A DNA stretch of 64,000 nucleotides, from positions 42,842,001-42,906,000 of the forward strand of contig OX597820.1 in NCBI GenBank assembly GCA_951406725.2, in the 5' to 3' direction. The notes beneath the pieces are model-generated. The model did no database searches and was not told the DNA's origin. It saw nothing but the letters and a program-made list of their open reading frames with translations. Source of the DNA: Octopus vulgaris. Taxonomy: Eukaryota. Made by a program: the position numbers and the translations under genes. Shown one piece after another: positions 13,214 through 28,535 of the stretch (positions are counted from its first letter, which is position 1; every line of letters begins with the position of its first letter).

Positions 13214-13599
13214 TAATTGAACACAACGCATCTTCACCTTTTTCATGTGACTCTACTCTATACTGTTTTCTTCCTCCGTCCGTCTCTAATTCCCTTTTTC
13301 TCCGTCTCCCACTTTTCTATCGTTCTGTCACTCCCTCCCCTTCTTATTCTTTTACCCTCTCCCGGTGCTCAAAGGTGACTATCGTCCATCTTTCCTTTCC
13401 TCAGGTGACCATCTTCCTTTTTCTGCAGGGACATTCAAAGTTCTGGACTTCTTTTCTCTCTCTTAGATCTTTTCTCTTATCAAAGAAAATATTTCTCCCA
13501 GCTTTCACTATTTTCCTCCCGTTCTGTCCTAACAACCCTCCTTGTTTGTTTTCGCTCGATTTCTTTGTATGTCTCCACTGTCCTGTTTCTGTTCCCAAA

Positions 13600-13840
13600 T
13601 TTGACCCTCTATAAATCTTAAATTTTTAATTTAGAATTTATAGGAGCAACTGTCTTTGATGACTCATGTTGTCGAAGAATGCTCCAAACGAGGAGTAGAT
13701 AGACAGCCGTCAACTGATGAAGGGTCGTCTCTCTGTGTTTACTTATCATGTTTTCCATTTTTTCTCTCGCTCTTTACATATTTAACATGTCTGTCTACGT
13801 ATTTCATGTTGTTTGCACAGTCGGCGACGTCCTGTACCTA
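13600..13840 (+). repeat. Dispersed repeat with CAACTGATGAAGGGTC motif (copy 2)
   Basis: GAGGAGTAGATAGACAGCCGTCAACTGATGAAGGGTC; ends in a TA-rich tract. Confidence 0.7.
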
Positions 13841-14405
13841 TATATGAATATGTATATATATGCATATATGTATGTACATATATATTTAAATATATATATA
13901 TACAGATATATATCGATACATACATACATACATACAATCTTATATATATATTATTTATTATATATATATATCCTTACATCTACATACACACGTACACACA
14001 AACACACACACACACATATATATGGATATATATATATATATATATATACATATACATATGCACAAACATTCACACATATATATACATATATACATGTATG
14101 GACACATATATACAAACATGTATATTTATATATGTATGTATGTGCGCGTGTGTATGTGTGTGATTGTGAATATGTTTGTGTGTGCTTGTGCATGTGTGTG
14201 TGAGCGTGTGTGAGTGTATGCAAAGATGTGGGGACGCGCAGACACACATCCTGAGAATGCATCGATTACATATATATATGTTTGTATATAAGTATATATG
14301 TACGTATGTATGTATGCATCTATGTATATATGTGTATATATGTATGTATATGTGTATCTATCTATCTATCTATCTATCTATCTGTCTGTCTATCTATCTA
14401 TCTCC

Positions 14406-14443
<38 letters not shown>

Positions 14444-14445
<2 letters not shown>

Positions 14446-15129
14446 TCGTGTGTACTTAGCACTCTAATGTATGGAAGTGAGACTTGGACGCTATACACAC
14501 GCCAAGAGCGTCGCCTAAACATCTTTCACCTGCGCTGCCTCCCGAAAATCCTCCCCATCAAATGGCAGAATCATATCCCCAATTAAGATGTCCTCAAACA
14601 AGCAGGAATACCAAGCATGTTTGCACTCCTCACACAAAGACGTATGAGATGGCTTGGGCATGTTAGCCGTATGAAAGATGGCAGAATCCGCAAGGACATA
14701 CTTCTACGGAGAGCTTGCTAAGGGTACTAGGTCTGTGGGTAGACCGTTCTTACGTTACAAGGATGTTTGCAAAAGGGACATGAAGGCCTGCAACATCAAT
14801 ATTAGCGGTTGGGGGGCAGTTGCTGGCAACCGTGGAGATTGGCGACGTACCGTAAAAGAGGGAATACAAAGGAGTGACAGAGAGAGAGAGAGAGAGAGAG
14901 AGAGGAGAAATGGAAAGACAAGAAAAGACGTCAACAAGAAACTATGGCATTACAACCAGCCAGGAACAGTCTTCGCTACATTTGCGGTACCTGCCAGAGG
15001 GAGTGTTTGTCCAGGATAGGACTACACAGCCACAGCAGGAAATGTATCAGGACATGAAATGTAAAAGCCGGACTAGACTATTTTATGCGCAACTCCATTG
15101 TATCCCGAGACAAAAAGGATGCCAACAAC

Positions 15130-15130
<1 letters not shown>
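14444..15130 (+). mobile_element. RTE-clade (BovB-like) LINE 3' fragment
   Basis: [48 protein letters not shown]-terminal CGTC..SRIGLHSH, (CAA) tail; contains a stop and frameshifts. Confidence 0.9.
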
Positions 15131-15168
<38 letters not shown>

Positions 15169-16027
15169 AATAGAGAGATGGAGAGAGACATGCATACAAA
15201 CACACATATAGTATGTATAATATATTGTTAAACTGTATTAATTCCTAAAACCTAAATAATACGCGCTGTTGATCTAATTTAAATGTACTCAGTATGACTG
15301 CAATAAGGAAATCGTTGCAGTTTTATGCATACATATAAGTATGCACTATGCACGTATGTGTATGTAAGTATGCATGCATATATTTATATACACATACATG
15401 TAGGCATGTGGGTACGTATATACGTATCCATACGAATATATGATTGTGTGTTCTTGTGTGCGTATGCGTAGGTGTATGCATGTGTGTGTGTGCGTGTGTG
15501 TATGTTTGTGAGTGTGTGTGTGTATGCGTGTTTTTGTTCCTGAACCGAGTAGCGATTTGTGTTCTTGATTAAACTATTTCATTTCACGTTGCTCCAGACG
15601 CCACAAATAAAAATGCTCTCCATTCTAGTTCTACTGCAGCTATCAGTCGTTCTCCATTCTCCTGTCACATCTTCGGCGTCCGCTGAATCAAGATTTGGAA
15701 GTCGAGATTCATTTATGCATGTTATCGCGGGTTTCTAAAATACTGTCGAAAGCAAAGTACATCTCACCGAGACCTACTCGTGGCGGCTACGCTTTTCCTT
15801 TTATTTTTCCGTGGTCTTGAAAGGAAGAGACAGCTCGGTTACTTGGATAGTGTAAATACTAAAAGCAGTAAAACAAAAATGTATTAATCAAATCTGAAAT
15901 TAAATTCAAAGTTACTCTGCAAAACAAAAACGTACACACCCACAAACACACACGCACATATTCACGCAAGCGCACACTCGTACGTACGAAAATTCACATG
16001 CAAGGAAGCAGCGACATTTATAGAGTG

Positions 16028-16265
16028 GGGGCGCATGGCTTAGTGGTTAGGGTGTTGGACTCATAATCGTAAGATCGTGATTTCAATTCCTGTACTGGGC
16101 GATGAGGTATGTTCTTGAGCAAAACACTTCATTTCATGCTGCTCCAGTCCATTCAGCGAGCAAAAGGGAGTAATCCTGTGACAGACTGACGCCCCATCCA
16201 GGTGGGGATTTTATATGCCTTGGAAACACTGAAACCGGTCCTTATAAGTCGCTATGGTTCGAGAA
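16028..16265 (+). mobile_element. SINE family C
   Basis: Homologous to 8508-8732. Confidence 0.8.
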
Positions 16266-16589
16266 GGTAATTTATCAAAGAAGGTAGTCACAATTATAGT
16301 CAAATATTAGCGAGAAAAGAAAGATAATTTATTAGTCAAGTCACATAGAATTGGAAAATAGAAAACATAGATCCAAAACTTTGTATACAAAAATGACAAG
16401 CTTTCACATTTTTAAATGAATTTACAAGACGCATCCGGATGGTCATTAAACAGCATCATTCTTCAACTTACCCTCTGTCTGCCACTCTCCCTCTCTTTCT
16501 CTTTCTCTCTCTTTCTTTCTCTCGCGTACATGTAGACACGCTAATACACACTCTAACCACCAACTCTCCTTCTCTCAAACGTACAAACA

Positions 16590-16624
<35 letters not shown>

Positions 16625-16709
16625 GTGTGCATATGTATATGTGTATATATATATATATATTATATACATATATTTATATGTATATATATGTATGTATATG
16701 TATATGTAT

Positions 16710-16763
<54 letters not shown>

Positions 16764-16914
16764 CTTTATATATAGGAATTTTAATGCCAAGAGGGAAAAT
16801 AAAGCTTAAAATATGAGTTTACGTAATTTTTATAAATATTTAGCAGAAATAACAAAATTACTCAAGAACCGAGTTTACTGCGTTACACACACATACACAC
16901 ATTCACACACACAG

Positions 16915-16946
<32 letters not shown>

Positions 16947-17444
16947 CAGCGTGCATGCATAGGGTTATATGTATAAATACATACATACATACATACATAC
17001 ATACATACATACATACATACATACATACATACATACATACATACACACACATACACATTCACGCACACACACTCACACACATAACCAGATATATGTGTTT
17101 GTAAACATTGCGTTATTCTCTAAATTCCAGGTGAGGAAATTATTTTAACTGTTACCTTCACTAAAAAATAATCAGTAATTTACCTCCGCGCTAAATTTTC
17201 TCTTCTGATTGTAATCTCCAAATCTAAGGCTGTACACATACACATTCGTCGATACGATGATATGCGCATACATAACAATGTATATATTATTTTTAACATT
17301 TAACTTTACGTACACGTACGTCAGTATAAAAGAGGTAATTACGTGAAATCTTTCCAACGGTTGCATGTATTAAAAAGAGTTTCTGGTTGAAATTCTCCCA
17401 TGATTAAAAATAATTCACATGTATGTATGTATATATATATATAC

Positions 17445-17688
<244 letters not shown>

Positions 17689-18136
17689 GTATATATATGC
17701 ATGTATATATATATATACATGTATATATATATTTATATATATGTACATTTATATTTATATATGAGATATATATGTGTGAGTGTGTGTGTGTGTGTCTGTG
17801 TGTTTGTGTGTGTGTATGTGCGTGTGCGTGTGTATGTATGTATCTATATATGTATGTATTTATGTATGAAAGTATATATAGGATTTCGAAGTTGGACATT
17901 TCTTATGTTCCTATTTTTGTTATTTCTAAATCCGTTCTACTGTGTCTTATTTGACATATCCACACATAAACACATACACACACATACACACATACATATA
18001 TATATACATACATATATATATATACATACATATATATATATGTATATATATATACATACATACACACACAGACACACACATATATATATATATATACATA
18101 CATATATATATATATATATATACATACATACACACA

Positions 18137-18190
<54 letters not shown>

Positions 18191-18589
18191 GATGAGATCC
18201 TTCAGAGTTCTATCGAATGAACAGGAAAGGACTTTCTCGACTACAATAGCAGGTGCCATGCAGTAGGTCTGAACCTAGAGTCACACACGTACACACACTG
18301 TGAGTATCCACGATGTTATTTATATACTAAATATATATGCAAGTATGTATATATATATATAAAAGCCATATTCGTTAGTCCGACCAACTTATTTTTGTTT
18401 CGTATGTTCTCAGACATATTTTAGAATACTTCATTCTTCGTGGCCTGCCGTAGCTCCTTTTTTGAAGCTCCTCGCTTTTCAACCACATGGTTTCCTCTTC
18501 AGTCCCAATGCGTATCACCTTGAATAAACCTTGGGCCCAACAAAAACTTCTGACTGGATTTGCTAGACGGAAACCGAAAGAAGTATATT

Positions 18590-18621
<32 letters not shown>

Positions 18622-18786
18622 TGTATGTATGTATGTATGCATGTATGTACATGTGAATATATCTATGTGTGTATCTTTCTGTGTGTGTTTGCCCCGAGCC
18701 AGAGCTCGAGAACTGGGGGCGATTCGACTAAATGCATTCACGGTGATGCCTCGACCTGGCTGCCGTCACTTTACTGAAACAAAGGA

Positions 18787-18907
<121 letters not shown>

Positions 18908-19485
18908 AGGGATGGATGGATGGATGGATAAATTTACATATATATATATATATACATACACAAACTCACATACACACACACAGATATATATATAAATACA
19001 TATGCACATATGTATACGTATATATATACATATGTTATATGCGTGTGTGTGTTTTTGTTCGTATATTTACATGCATGTGCGTTTTTGTCCAATTATAGGT
19101 GTTTTATAGTAAAAAATTGACTAAATTGTTTTTTTATGAGCCAAAATTATGTCACACCTACTTACAGACACACACGTCTAAGAACTCTTTTCTCCAGCTC
19201 AAACCTTTAGATAAATAAATTGATTCATTAATCAATTGATTAATTAACTAATTAATTAATCAAATAAAGGTAACCGTCCACTCGTATTGTCTATGTATTT
19301 AGGTGCAAGTGCTATGGAGCTGAATATTTAAGATGTATTATTATTATTCAACTTGTACTTTGCATTCGAGATATACGCGACATGTACTCTCTTTCTTTGT
19401 TATTCATCTCTTTAAACGAATAAGCGCATTAATTGATTAATGTATGTAACTGTGCATACATCTCTGTCTTTTTCTTTCTGTCTCT

Positions 19486-19604
<119 letters not shown>

Positions 19605-19742
19605 ATTCACTTCGGTGTATGTGTATATATGCATATACATATATATATACACACATACATATAGATTGATAGATATATGTATGTATATACATACATATAC
19701 ATTCAGAAAGGCACACACGCACACACATATATATATATATGT

Positions 19743-19952
19743 CTTCTTTACTCTTTTACTTGTTTCTGTCATCTGACTGCGGCCATGCTGGAGCACCGCC
19801 TTTATTCGAAGAAATTGACCCCAGGACTTATTCTTTGTAAGTCTGGTAATTATTCTATCGGTCTCTTTTGCTGAGGACATAAACGGGGACATAAACACAC
19901 CAGCATCGGTTGTCAAGCGATGTTGGGGGGAACAAACACAGAACACAAACAT

Positions 19953-19995
<43 letters not shown>

Positions 19996-20163
19996 GGACA
20001 GGCTTCTTTCAGTTTCCATCTACCAAATCCACTCACTAGACTTTGGTTGACCCGAAGCTTTAGTAATAGACAGTTGACCATGATGCCACGCAGTGGGACT
20101 GAACCCAGAACCATGTGGTTGGTAAGCAAGCCACTAATGCGCCTATACACAGCCACTCCTAGG
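19743..20163 (-). mobile_element. SINE family B, full length
   Basis: Head, internal (TA)n, and AGTAAAAG-type tail. Confidence 0.85.
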
Positions 20164-21006
20164 CATATATAATATATATATATATATGCTTATGTATATG
20201 TATGTATATGCTTTTGCGAGTATTTAAATGAATGCATGAATATATATTCAATATACGAATGTACAAAATCACGTATGCTTATAGATATATATATATATGT
20301 ATCTTATGTAAAGATGTATCAATATATCTTACTACGCATACATGTATGTGTATGTGTGTGTGCCTGTGTGTGTGTATACATGAATGATTATATATATATA
20401 TGTATATATATACATATATATATGTATGTATGTATATGTATATATATGTGTATATATAATTTAATGAAGGCTAGCATTCCTTGTCTTCGAAGTCTTCACT
20501 ATGCTTTTTGTAACAGTATAACGAATATTTACTCTACAAAAAGTATTGAGTACACCTTCGTTTTAATGTGAAGCTGTTTAAATTATATAACGCAAGCATG
20601 AATATATGCATATGTATATATGAATGTCTACACATGTGTACATGTGTTTGTGCCTGCGTGTATACTTTAATTATTAAATGCAGTAAAGGTCAGTGTACAT
20701 ATGTCCCTGCTGATATAAATCTTTTTAATGTTGTTGTTGTACTTGTGGAATTATGGTAACTGTTTTAAATGCTATTGATGAATGAACGGTAATCGAATAT
20801 ACACGTTCACACATGCGCGCGCGTGCTCACCCACACCCACATACATAGACAAACACACGCACACACACACAAACGCATATTCATACCTATTAATCACACA
20901 TTCTTACATTGATACATACAGGTATACAAACATGCACGTATTTATACAGATCCACACCCCACCCACATATTTACATTCATATACATATATAGTTACATAT
21001 ATATAT

Positions 21007-21051
<45 letters not shown>

Positions 21052-21221
21052 GTCACATATATATACATATGTCTTCTTTACTCTTTTACTTGTCTATGTT
21101 TTCGTTTCTCCTTGTGTTCGACGTCCCTTTGGTGTCCTGTACTCATATATGCGTGTATATGTACATGTAGAGGTAGGTACGTACATATGTTTTTATATAT
21201 GCATATGTTTTATTTCATTTA

Positions 21222-21264
<43 letters not shown>

Positions 21265-21425
21265 ATATATATACATATATATATTACGGAGATGTACTTG
21301 CATAGCAAGTGATTTGATCTGAGATCGTGTGCTGAAACGAAAACAATTGTAGTGTGGAAGGTGTTTGTAAGCTATTTAAGAAACACCCAAAAGCCGTTCG
21401 ATTCACTTCATCATTTAAGTTTAAG

Positions 21426-21474
21426 TTGTCAAAGTATTTTCGTCGCTTTAAGACCGCGACTTGTTCACTGACAA
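21426..21474 (-). ncRNA. Minimal type I hammerhead fold with G3-C8 variant core, within a 200 bp (TA)n-embedded element (21284-21488)
   Basis: TTGTCA-GTGAACA-A-GTCGC-ggtcttaaa-GCGAC-GAAA-ATACT-T-TGACAA. Confidence 0.6.
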
Positions 21475-21487
21475 AAATCCGTGCTTC

Positions 21488-21518
<31 letters not shown>

Positions 21519-21774
21519 TCGTTTTCACAGATATACTTGCATACATAAGAATAAGCGTACAGACATACTTACGTACGTACATACATGCATGTATATGTAC
21601 ATAAGTGCATACGTATATGCATACATACACAAGTGCATATGTACACACATACATACAAATATACATATATACGTACATATATATGAACATATATGCATAC
21701 ATAAATACATACAGACAGACAGACAGACAGGCAGACAGACAGACAGGCAGACAGACATAAATACACACATACAG

Positions 21775-22020
21775 TGAATAAACAAAGATATCTCTCGTCT
21801 TGCGTACATAGTTTATGCGAACAACGAGAGAAACAAATGGAAAACAAGACAAGTAACATAAAGAACGACCCTTCATCAGTTGTCGGTTGTTTATCTACCC
21901 CACATTTCGAGTAATCAACGGCAACATGAGTTTTCGAAAAACTGTTCCTCCCGCAAACCGAAATAAAATTTGGGATTTTGCAGAGGGTCAAAGTTGGTAA
22001 CAAAAACATGACAGTGAAAC
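21775..22020 (-). repeat. Dispersed repeat with GACAACTGATGAAGGGTC motif (copy 3)
   Basis: Reverse-complement homology to 13600-13840. Confidence 0.7.
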
Positions 22021-22209
22021 AAATAGTGTGGGCTAAGTATAAGCATATTAAAAGGGGTCAGTGGGAAAACACATCTAAATAAAAGGGTCGGGAACCACTG
22101 TCTTAGATTGTGACCTCATGAAATACGTTTTTGCGCAAAAAAAGACCTTCTTGTGTCTTTGAACAGAATTGATTCTTTAATTTGTTTCATATGTCTTCTG
22201 CTCCCAATC

Positions 22210-22244
22210 ATTGTTGTTGCTGTTGTTGTTGTCGTCGTCGTCGC

Positions 22245-22292
<48 letters not shown>

Positions 22293-22340
22293 AGTTGTTG
22301 TTGTTGTTGTTGTTGTTGTTGTGGTGGTGGTGGTGGTGGG
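22210..22340. repeat. (GTT)n/(GTC)n/(GTG)n microsatellite
   Basis: Directly visible. Confidence 0.95.
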
Positions 22341-23382
22341 TAGATCTGCTTCTTTTCATTTCTTTTCACCCCTCTCGGCAGGTTACCACATATTTTCATG
22401 TACATCGAATTACAAGAAAATATTTTCTCCGCACACTTGACATAGCAGAGTCCCAAAATATTTTTTAAATCTTGACTGCTCGTTCAGAGATGCATGTTCG
22501 ATTGCGAAGCCTCGCGACGTACATGTCGCTTTTATTTACCTCGGTACTCACCAGGTAACCGTAATATTCCACAAATGCGATGATGCGCCAAAAACCAATA
22601 TCATATACAACATCCTTCACCTGAATCTTTTGTTAGCACTCTATATATGATCATACGTTAGATGGACAGTTTTGGATTAATTCCTCCTTCTATCTTCAGT
22701 TCTATAAAATGGCATACAGTTCAGTAAGCCACACCTCGACTGTTAGCGGGGACACTGCTCTATACATCACCTGGTCTTTTTCTCCATTATTGTTTTGGAA
22801 ATATAACGACAATTACACTGCTTTTCGTGATGTAGCAATAGATAACCTTCATCCTTAGAAGCTCTTGGATGAATAGCTCAATTACATAACGCTCCAAAGT
22901 AAACAGATTTTCAGCCAGATAATTCATGTATAGAGCCTGTTTGGTACTGGTTGAGTTAACGAAAGAAAATTCATATTTCTTTCATTGCTTTTTTTCAATA
23001 AGCATAATTGTAGATGGATCTGCAAGGCGGTCAGTTGGCAGAATCGTTACATCATCGGACAGACTGCTTTGAGATACCCAACCTGGCTTCTGAATCTGTG
23101 TTCAAATCCTGCCGACGACAACTTTTACTTTCATCTTTTTGAGGTCGAAAATAAAGTATCAGTCGCGTGCTAGCACCGATAAATAACGTACAGGTCCCGC
23201 ACTGGGATCGATTCCTTTTAATCTTTTAACTCAGCCTGTCTCTTTCTGACCTTCAGGAAGAAATCGACTGTCGTGTGACCGAGAGAGATATCTTGTCTAC
23301 CAGGTCTAAATTTCTAAGATCTGATGTATGGCATGACAGCGTTTTTATGACTCAATAAAAATGACGTCAATGTTCATACATG

Positions 23383-23946
<564 letters not shown>

Positions 23947-24597
23947 ACATGTGTGCAGGGGGTGTTTAAGAGTGCAGACACACAAACACACATACACACA
24001 CATACGCATACATTTACGTCGTGAATATCCACGTTGTTATTGCTGTTGTTATTGTTAACCACATCGTGGGAATTGCTCAATTTAATGTTACTATTATCTG
24101 TCAAAACGTCATTATTTTTTCCACGCTGAATGTCTCAGTCCTGCTGCGTAACTAAATTTATTTTCACATTCTTTGTTTATTATAATTTTTTTTTTTTGTA
24201 TTACTGCTTTCGATGAGTCTTTCTCTCACTCTTTTATGAGTGCCTTTTTTTTTTTTTTTTTCATGATAGGAAATCATTTAAATTTAAATATAAACAAAAT
24301 TAATGTAAAAAGAAGAAAAAAAATAATTGAAAAAAAAAACCTGACACACTTTTAGTCTTCTCCACTATGGAAGGACTCAAAAGTTTTTTTTTTTTTTATA
24401 AATTATATATTTTATTTTTACAATTTTTTTTTTTTTCGTTATACGGACACCTCGAAGAAAATATTCAAACCGGAAATTCTTTTTCCTTCGGCTTGAACTT
24501 GGGGAAAGTAAGAAATCCAAATTTACGAAGCATGCAGACTCACATTCGAATGTGCAAAATCGCAAAGACAACAACAACAAGAATAATGATAATAATT

Positions 24598-24829
24598 ATT
24601 TCTACTACAGGCCCAGGGATTTGATTTAGAGGAAGGGAAAGTCGATTACACAGGCCCCATTACTTGATTTGTACTTCCTTTTAGCGAATCCGAAAGAATA
24701 AAATGCAAAAGTGAACCTCGACGGAATTTGAACTCAGAATGTAATACTCAAAGGAAAACCGCTAGACATTGGCCTGTATGCCAACGACCCCGCCAGCTAG
24801 CAGCGTTAATAAAATTAATAAAACGAATT

Positions 24830-24860
<31 letters not shown>

Positions 24861-25241
24861 CCATCATTATCATTATTATTATTATTATTATCCATTCTAC
24901 AATAGGCACAAGACCTGGATTTTGTGGGGAGAGAGACAGTCGACCACAACAACCCAGTACTCGTCTGGTACATAATTTATTGACCCAGAAAGACGAAATG
25001 CCTATTTCTATTTCTTTACTAACCACAAGGGGCTAAACACAGAGAGGACAAACAAGGACAGACAAATCGATTAAGTCGATTATATCGACACCAGTGCGTA
25101 ACTGGTTCATATTTAATCGACCCCGAAAGGATGGAAGGCAAAGTCGACCTCGGCGGAATTTGAACTGAGAACTTTGCGGCAGACGAAATATCGCTAAGCG
25201 TTTCGCCCGGCGTGCTAACGTTTCTGCCAGCTCGCCGCCTA

Positions 25242-25313
<72 letters not shown>

Positions 25314-25410
25314 CCTTTCTACTAAAGATACAAGGCCTGGAATTTAGATGGAGGGGACTAGTCGATTACGTTTCCGCCAGCGGGCTAACGTTTCTGCCAG
25401 CTCATCGCCT
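24598..25410 (-). mobile_element. Cluster of four SINE family A copies/fragments
   Basis: Head GGCGGCGAGCTGGCAGAAAC, B-box GTTCAAATTC, GCCTT.CATCCTTTCGGGGTCGAT core. Best copy 25003-25240. Confidence 0.85.
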
Positions 25411-25444
25411 TTTTGATAATAATAACAACAACAACAACAACAAC

Positions 25445-25512
<68 letters not shown>

Positions 25513-25829
25513 CAACAACAACAACGAGGAGGAGAAGAAGAAGAAGAATCTTTTATGCATGTATGTATGTATGTATGTATGCATGTATGTATGTATGTAT
25601 GTATGCATGTATGTATGTATGTATGTATGTATATGTATGTATGTATGTGTATGCGTGGTATGTGTGTGTTTGCAAATATATATATATGTTTATGCGTGTG
25701 TGTATGCTTGTATGCATGTATGTATTCTGCATATTCATGTGTTTGTGTGTGAATGTTTGTGTATTTCTCCTTGTGGGTGTGTGAGTGTCCGTGTGTGTGT
25801 GTGTATGTGTGTAGTTTTTAACCTTGACA

Positions 25830-26140
25830 TTTTCTGTCGAACTAGAAACGTAGTCTACAGCATATGGTGCCAAGAGGGTGCAGATAAAGACAAGTACTTG
25901 ACACACATAGGCGAGAGACCTAGAAGCATTGCGGAGAGACTAAATGTACATTTGAGGCCATATAACAAAATACAGTCCTCCATAATCTACCAACATGACA
26001 AGGACCAAAATGGAGGCTCACTGGGTCAACTTGACATCCGTATTTTATCCAAACACCCGAAAGGCCCAACACTCAGACAAATACAGAAGTATGTCCACAT
26101 AAAGGAAATATCCCCAGTTCTAAATAGGAAATATACGTAA
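25830..26140 (+). mobile_element. Penelope-like element GIY-YIG endonuclease fragment
   Basis: TRNVVYSIWC..HIGERPRSIAERLNVH..IYQH..LRQIQKYVHIKEISPVLNR. Confidence 0.8.
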
Positions 26141-26574
26141 AAGGTAGTCATACCCCCAATACCCAAAGGTTATATGTACACAGGTAGAGTCATTAGCAAG
26201 CCGTTACATAGAAGTGGGGGGAGGGGGATTCGCGCAGGCGTCTGTGTCCTGCCGCCATCGCTTGACAACCCATGCTGAGACCCATGAAATAAGTACTAGG
26301 CTTACAAAGAATAAGTCCTGCGTTCGATTTCTTCGAGTAAAACCAGTTAAGGTGGTGCTCCAGCATGGCCACAGTCGGATGACTGAAATGAATATTAGTA
26401 TAAAAGAATATATATATACACATATATATATATATCTACATACATACGTATATATATATATATATATATGTATATGTATATATATCTGTAAATAAATAAA
26501 TATATATATATATATATATATGTATATGTATATATATCTGTAAATAAATAAATATATATATATATATATATGTG

Positions 26575-26752
26575 TGTAAATATATCATGTGATAATTGTT
26601 CAGTAGTCATGATAAAACTCCGAGTTTTCGGATGTCGGTCCGGAAACCGGCATGTCTTCAGTTATCGGGCCATCAAAAAATGCTATGAAAATGACCGTTA
26701 AACTCGGAGTTTTATCATGGCTACCGAATAATTGTCACACATTATATTTACA
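26575..26752. repeat. Fold-back (53 bp arms) enclosing a degenerate hammerhead core on the minus strand
   Basis: Arms 26575-26627 and 26700-26752; minus strand CTGAAGA..ATGCCGGT/ACCGACAT..CGAAAACTCGGAGTT. Confidence 0.75.
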
Positions 26753-26797
26753 GATAGCGAGGTCAATTTTATTCTTTAGCTGTCTTTCCATTACTAT

Positions 26798-26900
<103 letters not shown>

Positions 26901-27111
26901 TATATATATATGTATATACATATATATATATACTATATTTATATATATCATATATATATATATATCCATGCATATATACATATGCCTAGTTCTATATAAA
27001 TCTTATAATAATTAATAGACATGTATATATCTATTACATTTACACACACACACACGCACACATAGACGCAGCACACATATATATAGACACACACATATAT
27101 ACATACATACA

Positions 27112-27152
<41 letters not shown>

Positions 27153-27394
27153 TTACGTATATACATATATACAGAGTATTGAGCTTTAGTTCACAGGTGA
27201 TCTAAACGCTCAGGTATATACTAGGTAAGTGCTGCAACGGATTACTAGGGCTCCAAGTTTATAAAAAATGTACATGTGCGTGTGTGTGTCTGTGTGTACA
27301 TATAGAAGGAATGCTTTTTAATATGTCCTTAGGGCTTGGTCAGCCCAATGCTATAATTTAAGACAGGATGACAGATCATAATCATGTCTGTATA

Positions 27395-27559
27395 GCCACA
27401 GGAGTTGTTGTCTGGTAAGTAGCTTGCTTACCAACCACATGGTTTCGGGTTCAGTTACACTGCGTGGCTCCTTGGCCAAGTGTCTTCTGCTATAGCCTCA
27501 GGCCGGCCAATGCCTTGTCAGTGGTTTGGTAGACGGAAACTGAAGGAATCCCGTCGTAC

Positions 27560-27601
<42 letters not shown>

Positions 27602-27602
27602 G

Positions 27603-27634
<32 letters not shown>

Positions 27635-27640
27635 CATATG

Positions 27641-27722
<82 letters not shown>

Positions 27723-27940
27723 CATAATATATATGTTTGTGTCTGCGTTTGTCGCCCCACCATCGCTTGACAACCAATGATGGTGTATTTACGTCTCTGT
27801 AACTTAGCGGTTCGGCAATACGAAGCGATAGAATAAGTACTAGGCTTACAAAGAGTAAGTTCTGGTGTCGGTTTGTTCGACTATAGGCAGTGCTGCAGCA
27901 TGGCCGCAGTCAATTGACTGAAACAAATGAAACAATAAAA

Positions 27941-27943
<3 letters not shown>
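27395..27943 (+). mobile_element. SINE family B, full length
   Basis: Head, TA/CA-rich internal tract, and 3' half. Confidence 0.85.
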
Positions 27944-27981
<38 letters not shown>

Positions 27982-28424
27982 CGAAAGATGTGAGTGTGTA
28001 ATACATATATGTATACGTAGAGAGAGAGAGAGTGGGAGAGAAATAAAGCGATATATATGTATGTATGTATGTAAGTATGTACTATATATGATGTATGCGA
28101 GGTATACGTACATGTGTATGTGTGTGTGTGTGTATGTGTGTGTGTGTGTATGTGTGTGTGTGTGTATGTGTGTGTGCGTGTATGTATTACTATCTTTAAC
28201 TTATTTTAGTCTTTGTATAATAAAGCCTGCTAGTTGTGACGCTCTCTGCTGTATTCTCTATCGTTGCTGACTGATATGTTAATGTGTACATCGCTTCAGC
28301 TGCTGCTGCTGCTGTAATTGACTCTGCGGCTGCTGCTGCTGTTGCCACCGCTGCTGCTGCTGCTTTTGCTACTGCTGCTGTTGCTACTGCAGCTGCCGTT
28401 CATAACTACTGTTCTCCATATCTG

Positions 28425-28535
28425 AAGTTTGATTGGCTGTTGCTCCGATATTGACAAGAGAGGGGGCGTGTCCAAAAGAAAGAAAAACGTTTAATGATAT
28501 TGACCAATCAGAAGTTTCTCTCTGATGTCATCATC
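28425..28535. promoter_or_regulatory. Candidate TATA-less Pol II promoter module
   Basis: TGATTGGCTG (reverse CCAAT, 28430), GGGGGCGTGTC (Sp/KLF-like, 28462), GACCAATCAG (28502), TGATGTCA (CRE-like, 28523) in apparently unique sequence. Confidence 0.5.

Noticed and set aside
22020-22100. hAT-Charlie-like terminus GGGAACCACTG
   Set aside because: No partner terminus or TSD was found.
24018-24130. Asn-rich minus-strand frame ending at GTAAAT as an exon
   Set aside because: Poor acceptor, low complexity and an upstream in-frame stop.
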